Positions 21,168 to 31,719 of a stretch of DNA of 46,110 nucleotides are shown here, one piece after another. Origin of the DNA: Sarea resinae (Eukaryota). Made by a program: the position numbers and the translations under genes. The notes under the pieces are model-generated. The model saw only the letters and a list, made by a program, of their open reading frames with translations, was not told the origin of the DNA and did not search any database. Every line of letters begins with the position of its first letter. The stretch's first letter is position 1. The DNA lies in assembly GCA_026026165.1 (NCBI GenBank), contig JAPEUD010000036.1, positions 186,001-232,110 on the forward strand, read 5' to 3'.

Positions 21168-22189
21168 CGAGGAAAATCTCAGATTATACACTTCCTAAGA
21201 CGTTTTATAGCCGAACTACGTTTAAAGAGCCTGCAGATCGTCTGCTAAGCCCTAGCAGCGATTCTAGAGAGAATGCGGGACTCGGCGAGGGTCTCGCTGC
21301 AGAGATTAGAGCTAAGATGTTCACTAAGAAGACTTCTGAAGATAATAAGGAGGCTAAAGACAGCGAAAATAGCATCGACGAAGTTGAATAGAGGCCTCTC
21401 AAGCACTGAGTTCTGCTGTCGCTCGCCAGATAATAGATGACTATATCATATACCTTTGTCAAGGAATTGGCCGAAAATGGGATTGATATTAAGAGGATCC
21501 TGCGCATTGGTGAATTTCACTTCGCTGCCTTCTGGGTCCTTGGCCATGGAAATATGGTGCTTTGTCCTCGTGGGCCGCGGGCTATTAAGTGCCGTTTTGC
21601 AAAGGGTGTTGTTGTCTGTAAGGCATCTATCTCTATTCAGATAGCAGAAAACTCCTGCCTTAATTTAAAGGAAGAGTACGGCTAACGTGGAGCAGATTAG
21701 ACTAGGTAAGTCAACCTGCGAGTCACAGCAAGTCAGCATTTGTGAAATATCTTAACAATTCAATTCACGCTTAGACTGAGTCGCAACTTTTCGGGAATAC
21801 CTATCACCACACGATGAGGATTTACTTTAACAGTTCCCATATTTGCTTCTATTCTTCAAATCTCATAGGCATATCCATGAGGGGGAGTAGCACCACGGCT
21901 CTTCGAGTCATATCAGACAGCTCTCTGCAGATATTGAGAGTGAGAGGGGACGATGCTTCTCTCAGAGATGGAGTGCGTGCCGTCTCAAACGCTTCCTATC
22001 TACCTTGTCGTCTATAGACTGCCAGCAAACGGTGTTCATTCCCGATGAGATCAACAGTGAGTGGGTCTTTCTCTACAGGCAGGGAGGGTACAAAGAACTC
22101 GTGTAACTTCTCCTTTCTTGCACTTTCGTGTATACCTAGCAGGCACTCTTTCCCTCTGCTTCCTCCTGCATACAAATAACGTACTTACT

Positions 22190-22662
22190 AAGTAGTTTTC
22201 GCAAAAATCGTCGAACGTCTCAGAATCACAACAACGTCTCACGACGATGTTTGTGTCCAGCCAGCCAGCAGCCAACAAGCACTTTTTGCCGTTGTTTTTC
22301 CATTTTGGGGTCAGTCAGAGCGCACGCACGAGCTCAACCTTCCTGCTTGTTAGAGAAAAAGCATTGCCTTCCCAGTGCACTCAACTTGCTTATTCTTGCA
22401 GACTGGTTGAGTATCTCTGCGACGCTTCTTTGGACATGACTTTGGCATTCTATTTCTATACCCTCCTAGCCCCTATTGTCTGTTATCCATCCTGTTTGTT
22501 GTTTTTTGTTCTTGATAAACCAATCTAATGTTCTCTGCACGTTCGTTTGTTTGGTTGTGCACAGGGACGGTACGCAAGGACTACTTAGAAAGACTGAGTG
22601 AGGACCACGTTAGGACGATGTAGCGAAGAAGTAGTTTTGGCAGAAAATCGTTGAACGTCTCA
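22190..22662 (+). repeat. Imperfect 33-bp direct repeat (22190-22222 and 22629-22662)
   Basis: aagtagttttcgcaaaaatcgtcgaacgtctca versus aagtagttttggcagaaaatcgttgaacgtctca (2 mismatches, 1 indel). Confidence 0.8.
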
Positions 22663-23401
22663 TCTAGTCAGTCGTAGAGCCCCCCGCCATATACATGCAG
22701 ACAGAGTGAGTGAGGTAAGTCGTAAACAAAGCTAAGCTACCACCTCATCAGGGCCAACTCTTATAGCCACGGCAGCTTTCTCTTTGGTAGAGGTGATCCG
22801 ATAGATAGACACTATCTTCAGCAAAGGAGGTAATGTTTACGAACGTAAGAGAGGCAACAAAGGCGCGAGGGGAGGGCGGCTCGGCGGCTTCCTTGATTGA
22901 CGCGGAAGCCCTTGTGCTAGGCAGCCATCCCATCCCGCCTTTCGCCGCGGGGATGCAGACCAACTAAACGCCCAAGCAGTCAATCCCAATTACCTTACCT
23001 ATGCCAACGTGTACATGAATGGATTCTTCTAAGCTCTTCGATCCCCAGCGTTCTGTCATCAGTGTGGAATCATAAGCTTGTCTCAACTGCGTCTCCCTCG
23101 TGCCTACCTTCAGTTCGTCGAATATTGCCATCGCGAAGACCCTGACAGAGATACTCACTCATGGATACCGAAGCCATCCAGGACGACTCTTTCTCTATGA
23201 CCCCTAACGACGGACCAGCACAAGCACCTGGACTAGGAATTGGGAGAAAGCTCCTCATAGCTGTGATCATTCTTGCTCTGTAGGTCATCCGAACACCGTG
23301 ATTGCTTTCGAGTACTATCTAACAAGCGCCTCAGAACCACCTACCTGGCTTATTCCACCTTTCCATCTTCGGTTACTGGCCGTCCAGTCAATATCGGGGA
23401 G

Positions 23402-23968
23402 ATGAAAACCCGTCCTGGCCCGGGCAGCTGCCCCCAAAATACATATGATACGCAGAAACGACTACGCTTCGGCCGGCAAGGTGCCGTTGTCTATGGCTGG
23501 CCTTCAGCCGGAGGGATGTTATACAGGAGCGTCGAGCCTTTAGAGCTCGAGTTCCTCGGGATAGACCGGTTCTCCGAATCTCAAAGGTCGCAGGACCCCG
23601 CCGAAGAAGATGCATTCTGTCGACAGCTCTACAAGATTGGAGCAAGGTGGTATGAGCACGAGCGGGAACTCCAAGATCTGATGCTTGGCGACAGAAAGTG
23701 GCCACCACGCCTTGAGTTTGGCTGGCCTGCGAATGGTGGAGTATGGGCGGTGAGAAAGGTCAAAGAACCTGACCTACGAAAACATCCCTTGGACCCTCCT
23801 TTGGTCGAGCGAAAGCCATGGGGCAAGCTCTACATGGCGCTCAACATGGAAGAGCGATGCCGGGTGATCGAGGAATTAGGCGGCACGTTTTTTCCTAACC
23901 CCGAGGAGTGCGACTATCTGACGGGCAAGGCATTCCTCGAAGCAGCGAGCGAGATTCGAGAGGAGTAA
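23402..23968 (+). CDS. Fungal hypothetical protein with a two-fold internal repeat (GWP.xGG...C..l..iG..f/w)
   Basis: Intact ORF with likely ATG at 23402. YGWPSAGG...FCRQLYKIGARWY and FGWPANGG...RCRVIEELGGTFF. Confidence 0.7.
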   Translation: MKTRPGPGSCPQNTYDTQKRLRFGRQGAVVYGWPSAGGMLYRSVEPLELEFLGIDRFSESQRSQDPAEEDAFCRQLYKIGARWYEHERELQDLMLGDRKWPPRLEFGWPANGGVWAVRKVKEPDLRKHPLDPPLVERKPWGKLYMALNMEERCRVIEELGGTFFPNPEECDYLTGKAFLEAASEIREE

Positions 23969-24387
23969 TGTAATGCTGTCACCCTGATGCAGGGATCCGT
24001 CTTGGTCAAGAGAGAAGCAACCCGGTGTAATTACCTGTTCCACGCCATTACCTTAGTAGTAGTTCTTTCAAGTGCTTGCACAAAAACATTGCGAAAAATT
24101 AAAGCTTGTAAATCACTGTACTTCATAGCTGAAAAGAAAGAGAAGTTCATAGGCTTCAAAGCAGCAGGAAGTCAGGTGCTAAAGCAAGCACGCTAAACCG
24201 TGAGAGGCAGCCACTGTCCCCGAGAGTATTCGTACCATCGTACTGTATGTTTTGGTTCGGAGTCTTCCGCTTGCTTTGTTTACATCCGTGTACCTACCTA
24301 CCTACAGCACCCGACACGTTGAACCATCTCGACACAAACATCATCCACCCGAATACTTGCACAAAACGCCCTGCTGCTATCCTGGAC

Positions 24388-26934
24388 ATGGACGAAATTA
24401 AGTCCCCCAGCTCCTTTGATATGGATCAACCATTGGGTATCCTCTCACCGTCCGCTCGAAATCTCCAATCCCCGCCGACCAGCGTCGTGCGCAACAACAA
24501 CCACAACAACAACAACAGCAGCCGCTACGAGTCGTCGAGTGTCTTCGAGTCGCGTAGCTATAAGAGCTCCGCTATCGATGTGATGGATGAGAGCTTGATC
24601 GATGATATTCCGAGCTCGCCGTTCGTGTCCAATGTGGGCAATGAGAATGTCTCTCCGCTCAGATTGAGGAGTCCTGGGATGAGTCTAAACAGGAGTCCTG
24701 CCAGAAGTCCTAACAAGAGCCCCAGCAAAAGTCCCAGCAAGACTCCAGCCAAGAGTCATAGCAAGAACAGCTCCCCAGACAAGATGTCCTCGCCTTTGAA
24801 AGAAGGAAGACTTTCTCTCCATGAGACTAGATCGCCGAGCAAGATGCCCTCGCCCACAAAAGATGAATCGTCGGCCCTCTATGAGAGCATTGCGCGCGAT
24901 CGCGAGCATGCCCACGCGCCCATTGCAATTTTCCAGGACGAAGATGATGATAGCATCATGCAAGATCGGAGCAATGAGAACGACACGTCTGCATCTACGT
25001 TCGAGGGGAAGTCTGGTTTCGGCGGCATGGACGACACATGCTTTAGCACTTTTTCGGCTGTCCATAACACCGATATGACTGCTTTTGCTGGACTGAGAAG
25101 ACAACGAGATGATCTGCTTGAGAGCAGCCCTGCGAAGCAACTTAGAATGGAGAGTAGTCAAGGTCACTACGATGATAGCGTACGTCTCCTCAAAACCTTT
25201 TGAAGGCCTGGTTTCTCACAATATGGATAGGCTCCCACCCCGCATCATGGAGCCCCATCAACGCCTGGCACAGTCCGACGAATGGACACCGAGGACACCT
25301 CTCCTTCACCTTCGCCTACACCGCGAAGAGCGCATGGGTCAGCAGACGGCAACACAACAAACCTCATCCTCGACTTTACGGAACAGTTCAATATGTTTGC
25401 GTCTCAATCACACCAGTCTCCGTCCAGAGGAGGCCGTATGTCACCAACAAAATCATACACCACGTCAGACCTAACGTCATTTCTAGCAGGACGCCGAACG
25501 CCTTCATCCGCAAAACAGGGACTACCGCCAGCAACGCCATCCGAGCAGCGAAATCTTTTAAACCTACTCGACTTTGACATTCCCCCGGCGCCGACCCCTC
25601 GCTCTGTCCCCAGCATCACCGCCCGTGAACTCGAGTCGCTGAAGTCAGATTACTTATCCCAGATCTCCTCCATGAAAGCCACTCTCAGTGGCCGCGAGGC
25701 CGAAGTGAACAGCCTCAAGGAAGCTGTTGGTGACGCCGAACGGCGTGTCGGCGAGGCTCTCGAGACTATTCGCGACGTCAAAGGCGCAAAGGAATCCCTC
25801 GAATCCGAGAAAGAGGATTGGGAGAAACGTGGCAGAGACATGGAGAGCGTGCTGCGTTCCGTGAAAGAGGAAATCATGCGCTCAGATCGCGAGCGGGAGG
25901 ATCTAGCCCGTAAACTCGACGAAACGGAAGCCAAGCGAGAGGAGGCCGAGACCAAAGCAGCGGAGGCGGAGAGCAGGGTTGCTAGCATGCGCACTGGGTC
26001 AGAAAGTGGCAATAGCAGCGGAGGCGACTCCTCGACTACCAAGTCCGGAGGAAATAACGCCAAAGAAATCGAGGCGGCCGTTGAACATGTAGCAAGAGAC
26101 TTACATGCGCTGTACAAATCTAAACACGAGACCAAAGTGGCGGCGCTGAAGAAGAGCTACGAGGCGCGCTGGCATAAACGGGTGTCCGAGCTGGAAAAGA
26201 GCATTCAGGAGTTGAACAAGGAGAATGAGGAATTGAGAATAGGAAGAGATGCTACATTTTCGGGAGTCATGCCTGGTACTCTTTTGTCTTCGCTATCATC
26301 CAACAAGGAGGACGAGTCTGTCGAGGCGGCACAGAAGGAGCGGGAAAGACTAGCCGAAGAAGCAAAGGCCAGAGAGGAGGAACTCGAGCGATTACGCGTC
26401 GAGGATGCTCAACGATCCGAGGAACAGAAGGCTCGAGTTGCAGCTTTGACCGCTGAGATCGAGGCCGTGAAGAAGGACAACGTTGAGCTTAGGGGACTGC
26501 TTGAGATGGAGAGGGTGGAGAAGGGCGAGCTGGTGGGCGCTGTGGAGGAGATGCTTTCGCTGAACGCTTCTTCTGCCACCGCCGCCGCCGCAGCAGCAGC
26601 GGCTTCGTCGAGTAACTCATCAACGATGCCAAACGACGCCCTCACTTCTGGCTCGGAGAATCTGAGAGGAAGCGTCTCGCGCGCCTCTTCTACGCATTCC
26701 TCCTCGGGACTCCGGGGTCCGGGATTCGGCTCGAGTCTCAGCTCTAGCATCGGCCCCGGCTCCGGCACGGCGGCCGCCGAGAGCAGGATCGGCCGTATGG
26801 GCAGTCTCGCCGGCCCGCCCGGCAGTCTCAGCCGCAGCGTCAGCTCCAGGAGCGGCATCATGAGTAGCATCGAACGCATGGGTCGCGGCGCCGGTGCGTC
26901 TGGCAGAGGAGGAGGCGTAGGCCATGCGGAGTGA
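24388..26934 (+). CDS. Fungal TACC-family (Slk19/Alp7-like) coiled-coil kinetochore/spindle protein; exons 24388-25179, 25231-26934
   Basis: Phase-0 intron GTACGT..TAG joins the two ORFs. S/T-P-rich N-terminus, long coiled-coil and VARDLHALYKSKHETKVAALKKSYEARW (Fungal_TACC motif). Confidence 0.8.
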
Positions 26935-27444
26935 TATGATTGTTGTTGTTGGGGTCGAGGACGCGTCTCATTGGAGGAAAGGGATAGGCCTAGGCGGTGG
27001 GTGGGTGGTGCTGCTTGTGGTGGGGGGTGAACAGTCGGTGGGACTGAAAAAAGAAAAGGGATGGATGCGGGAATAAATGAATGAATTGGGTCTTGGTTCT
27101 GGTGTTGGCATGCCGGCGTCTCTTTTCATTCGTCTTTCTTCTCTCCTTTCCTTTTTGTTCTGGTCTCTCGCTACTTGTTTCTTCTTTCCTCCTTCTTTTT
27201 CCCTTCAACTTCTTCTTCTTCTTGGGTCCATCCTGCCCGTACGCACGTCCTTGACGACATGCAAGACTTACCTCATGGGTATTTCTTCACACCCATCTCT
27301 GAGTTGAGTGGAGTAGAATAGGTAGCTCACGTCGTTGTCGTCGTTGTTGTTCCTGTTGTCGTTGTTCCTGTTGTAGCATAGGCAGGGGGGAGAATACTGG
27401 AATGTGATTTGTTTTGTGTCTGGTCCCTTTTGTGAGAATCATAA

Positions 27445-27474
27445 AGAGAGAGAGAGAGAGTGTGTGTGTGTGTG
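27445..27474. repeat. Compound microsatellite (AG)8(TG)7 in the convergent 3' region
   Basis: Seen directly. Confidence 0.9.
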
Positions 27475-27952
27475 CAGATTTTTCCATGAACAAATTTGTT
27501 TTCATCAGCGTCATCAGCGTCATGATTATGGTGTGTAAGCATCGTTGGTAAGCGTCGTGAATGTCTTGCTTGACTTGCGTGCTAGATTTATCAAAATGAT
27601 AAAAATTTATCATTGATTCATCGCATTGATTCATCTCTTTTATTGATTTAATTCATTAATTGGTCTAGGGTGTTACCTAGGTGGAGTACAAGATGTTAAA
27701 GGGGCCATTAGGGGCGCGAAAAGAAAAAGGGAAAGGGAGAAGGGAAAGGGTAAAGTGGAAAGTGGAAAAAGGTAAAGGGAAAGTAGAAGTGTGAAGGGCG
27801 GAATTCCCATACCGCAAAACAAGAACCAGAATCCCGAAAGCTAAAACAAAGGCAGGCAATGACATCTCACTCGCTCAATTAGCCTAAACACTCCCGGTGC
27901 TCCACTTCCGCTGGCTGCCTGAGAAGTGCTTCTCTGTCCCTCTCTCTCTACC

Positions 27953-29274
27953 CTAACGCCACTGCTGCTGCCCGCCATCAACCTCGTCATCAGCCTCGTC
28001 GTTGTGATCACCAGAAGCCAGCAGACCCGACGGTTGGACCCGAGGCCGACTATCGCTGCTGCCATTTCCGCGGCCGTTGACAGCGTCCGAGCCGGCGGCC
28101 AATCCGTCTTTGATGGCCGCGTCCGTGGAGTCGTGGTAGGGTTCGTGTTCTTGCTCGTCGGTGGCGGCGCGAGAGGGGCCTTCGTCGATGAGCCGTCTGT
28201 TGGGCGAGTCCTCGATGTCACCGCCGCCGCCGCCGCCGCCGTTCGTGTACTGTTTCAGCGAGCGATGCATCCAGCTTGTCAGGTGGGATGAGGTGCCGTT
28301 GGCGTTTTTGCTGAGCATGACGATCAGGATGATGGCCTGGTAAGTGCATTATTGATAAGTCTGAGGTTCAGCAAATGAATGTAATTTGCGAGGGCGGGGG
28401 GCAAGAAAAGTATCGTTTAGACCGCAGTGAGTACTTCAGTCCGTTCGTTCTCAGACGAGCCATGGGCTCATGTCTGGGAATTCCTTTATCGACATCGGCA
28501 ATGCTCACCTTCACCAAGAACACAACTGCCGCGACCAGAAAGAACAGGCCCGCATGCGTCTGCTCGGCCTGTCTCCACGGGCCGCCACAAGCCCGATTCC
28601 GGCCCTCGTACATCCTCTCGCACTGGTTCGGCCCGAACCCGTCTCCCGGTCTTCCGTGCGGGAACGGCCACGCGCGATCCACGCGGGTATTGAACCCACA
28701 GCACTGAAACCGGTCTTGGATCCTCCTGATGGCATCGCCGTCCTTGCTGCGGTACAGGTGCGACCATTGCGCTTCCAGGGCGCAGCCGGGCACCATGTAG
28801 GTCAGGGATAGAGTGGCGATGACGGTCTCGTAGATGAGTTGGACGGCGAAGATGCCGAGGCAGAGGAGTGTTGGTCGGGCCTGTTGGGGGCCCCGCCGCC
28901 GGGCGTCACGGAGGAGAAGCCGTGATGCCGTTTGTAGGGAGAGGCCGGTGATTAAGGGTAGAATCACGGTGAAGACGGCGAAGACCTGCGGGATGGGGAG
29001 AGAGAGGAGACGGATCTGGGAGTATGAGTACCTAGACAGCGGATCATGAGCAACAGACACAGCAATAGTGGTCGCCTTCCATCATTGCTTTTCTGCTATT
29101 GAATGATATCTATCGAGGAAACACCCACCCGGCAATAGCTGTCAAAAGAAGCAGTAACTACTCGTCACGAGACCGTATTCTCAGCTTCCAGTGTCATAGG
29201 TGCCTAGGCAGGCATTGAGAGAGGGGACTCACAATTGGAACACCAAATAGCACAATCTGTGTCGAGAGGGCCAT
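27953..29274 (-). CDS. TSP3: Tetraspanin Tsp3-like protein; exons 29274-29233, 29157-29129, 29031-28509, 28336-27953
   Basis: Four hydrophobic segments, EC2 loop IRRIQDRFQCCGF (CCG) plus AWPFP and further Cys, long cytoplasmic C-tail. Introns GTGAGT, GTGGGT and GTGAGC..AG keep the frame. Confidence 0.85.
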
Positions 29275-30278
29275 GATGGCGATGATTTTAGCTGAAGCTT
29301 GGATCTGGTAAACAAAGCTAGAGAAGCTAGAACGTTTAGTGACAGGAAGTCAGACGAAACGGTGATAGTAAGCGAAGACTCAAGAGGCGGGGGAGCCTTG
29401 CTGCGTTTTGCTGAGGGGTGGGGTTTTGTATCATGTACGTGCTTCCAGCTGTGTAACGATCACTCTGCGGCGCCAGGCAGCCAATCATATACCTCATCCC
29501 TGTATCTTGCCCGTTGCCCCTAGAATAGCCCTTGTTGTGCAGTATTGAAAACAAATAGTACAATTAAGCAGCTTAAGGCACTTTGGTCTATGACTCTCAG
29601 TTGTAATATTAATAATGCTAATGACCAGCTAGTAAATAATCCAGCAAACTGGTCTCTTTTCTGTAGCTCTTTACCGGGAGTCCGAACAGCCGCTAGAATT
29701 CGACGGGAGCTCGAGCATGCCCTCCTAATCCCGCGACTTCTCCCTCTTTCCAAATCCCCTCCAAATCGTCTGGTTGAAACTGGTACCCGGGAAGATCCTT
29801 GGAGGCTGAGTTCGAGGTGGAGTTGATGGTCGAGTTGATTGAAGAGTCAACAAGCCCGCATGGCAGATTGCTGATTGCTTGGTAATTTGCAACAGTACTA
29901 TGATGACTGAGGTGAATAGCAGGTTCGGCTACTCGGTAATGAAGACTGCGTTGCAGATATGTCTGTGATCTCCTCAGTTGATTGTCGAGGAAGAAAAGTC
30001 GAACAGTAGAGGGTTATACTTGGCTGGCGAGAGCAGATTCGCTTGGTTGTTGGGTTGGCGGAGTCTGATTCATTAGTGAAAGTTGAGATATGAAGGCATA
30101 CACAGTGGTGAATGTGTATCCAGTCCTTGCCCTTGAGGACGGTTGCTCTATGATTCCACGCTTGCTGACAGATGACGTGGTTGCCCAGTTGCTAGTCGCT
30201 TGACGGACAATTATGGACAGACGAGCTGATGGCCATTTGATGGTTGAGATGAACGTAGATGAGTGAGAACGGAGAAAT

Positions 30279-30824
30279 TCATCGCCTTCTTCGACCGCCT
30301 TTCTTTTCCTTATAGCCCTTTTTGGAGACCTGTAGCCAGCCTTGTTCGTCTTCGAGATTCAATCCATTTTCTTCCATCATCGTGATGAATTCTTCGTTCC
30401 TCTCGAGGTCCTTGGGCTTGATATCGAAAGCTTTCTCCATGATGGGCGCCATATCATGCGCGGCGCAAACTCGAAAGTCCCGACTCTCAACTCTCTTCTT
30501 CATCCGTCGATTGAGCCGTTCATCGAGTGTCTCTTGAATCAGTGTTTCCAAAGTCTTTTGCTCACGGATGTTCACCGTCGTCGCCTTCAACTGTGCGACT
30601 TCCTCTGGTTGAAAGTATGGTAGGCCGAGATAGGAAGCATCGACAACGCGCTCTAGTCGTGATTGTGACTCCACCTTCGAATCGAAATGGCGTAGATCAT
30701 AAAGAAAGACATGGATACGATACCATAGAGAGGAATTATCTTGCAGATACTGTATGGTGAGAAGCTCTGATGGAGGAATCTCAGTGCCTTCAACGGGCAG
30801 TGGTGGTGATGGACGTTCCGCCAT
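30279..30824 (-). CDS. Hypothetical protein (181 aa) with basic C-terminal tail
   Basis: Intronless ORF with good start context and protein-like composition; KKGYKEKKGGRRRR end (possible NLS). Confidence 0.7.
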   Translation of the reverse strand: MAERPSPPLPVEGTEIPPSELLTIQYLQDNSSLWYRIHVFLYDLRHFDSKVESQSRLERVVDASYLGLPYFQPEEVAQLKATTVNIREQKTLETLIQETLDERLNRRMKKRVESRDFRVCAAHDMAPIMEKAFDIKPKDLERNEEFITMMEENGLNLEDEQGWLQVSKKGYKEKKGGRRRR

Positions 30825-31439
30825 GATTATGGATGTTGCAGAAATGTGAAGCTGGGGGGGACGGCTTTATACCCTCAGAAGGCTGGCACCCATGGATGAC
30901 ACCACTTCCAACGGAACGATCACCATATGGTCTTCACGACCCGGTCTCTTTCTAAACAAGCCTCAGATAATTACTGCGTTGAGGTAAAATTCCCACTGGT
31001 CCTCGAGAAAGCAAAAGGTTCTCATGTGAATGTGCCCACTCAGGATTGGTATATTGCTGCTAGTCCGGCGCAAGCTGCCCAGGTGGTTACGACGTACAGT
31101 TTTACGATCCAATGTGTTCTAGTTTAGTACCGGTGGACGATGGAGTGGACGTTGCCTCAATTGAATGTGAAGTATTGTGTCCCAGATAGGGCAAGTACCG
31201 AGCCTAAGTCGACGTCGTCTCGATATCAATCTCTTGCGTTGGATTTGACACGGTCAATACAACAGCGCTCTCGGTTTGATCGGCGCCCATTTCCTCCGCT
31301 TTGCTTTCGCGTTGCTGCGCTACGATATAATGCTGCACAGTAGATACCTTAGTCGTCCGTTGCATCGTGGAATGAACAGGCTCGTACATAGTTCTTCCTT
31401 TACCTGAGGTCAGTAGTAATGATCATGAAACAGCGTGAC

Positions 31440-31680
31440 GGCTCTAAAGATAAAATACAAACATTATTCAAGAAAGACTTCTTCTATCAATACTTTATAT
31501 TATCGTGGTTTCATCTACATATTAAGCTAAAGATCTGTAAGGTTTCAAGACTTATGATTTAATTGATTATCTTTCTACTTTTCGAAACTAATAGAATAAT
31601 AGGATAGAAAAGTAATAGGATTAGAATATAGGAAGATAGGATCCCTGTCTTAAAGACAGCGTATTATAGACAACGACCCT
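31440..31680. repeat. AT/TpA-rich patch, probable small RIP-like repeat remnant
   Basis: Abrupt drop in GC with many TA dinucleotides between two genes; identity unknown. Confidence 0.35.
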
Positions 31681-31719
31681 AGCATGCCAACCTATCTCGA
31701 TCAACCTCATCACACCACT

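Larger units (their letters stand above)
12840..21700. mobile_element. Degenerate transposon/relic island (mosaic of deleted, RIP-like mutated fragments); boundaries approximate
   Basis: TpA-rich patches at ~12920-13130, 14730-15150, 16040-16280 and 18620-19330. No intact conserved genes. Recognisable RT, integrase and other gene relics. Confidence 0.85.

Noticed and set aside
12300..23200. Starship-type giant element
   Set aside because: No tyrosine recombinase (DUF3435 captain) or recognisable boundary repeats seen.
27119..27790. Pyrimidine tract (~27120-27220) and purine tract (~27718-27790) as a potential long hairpin
   Set aside because: Only low-complexity complementarity, typical of convergent 3'UTRs.
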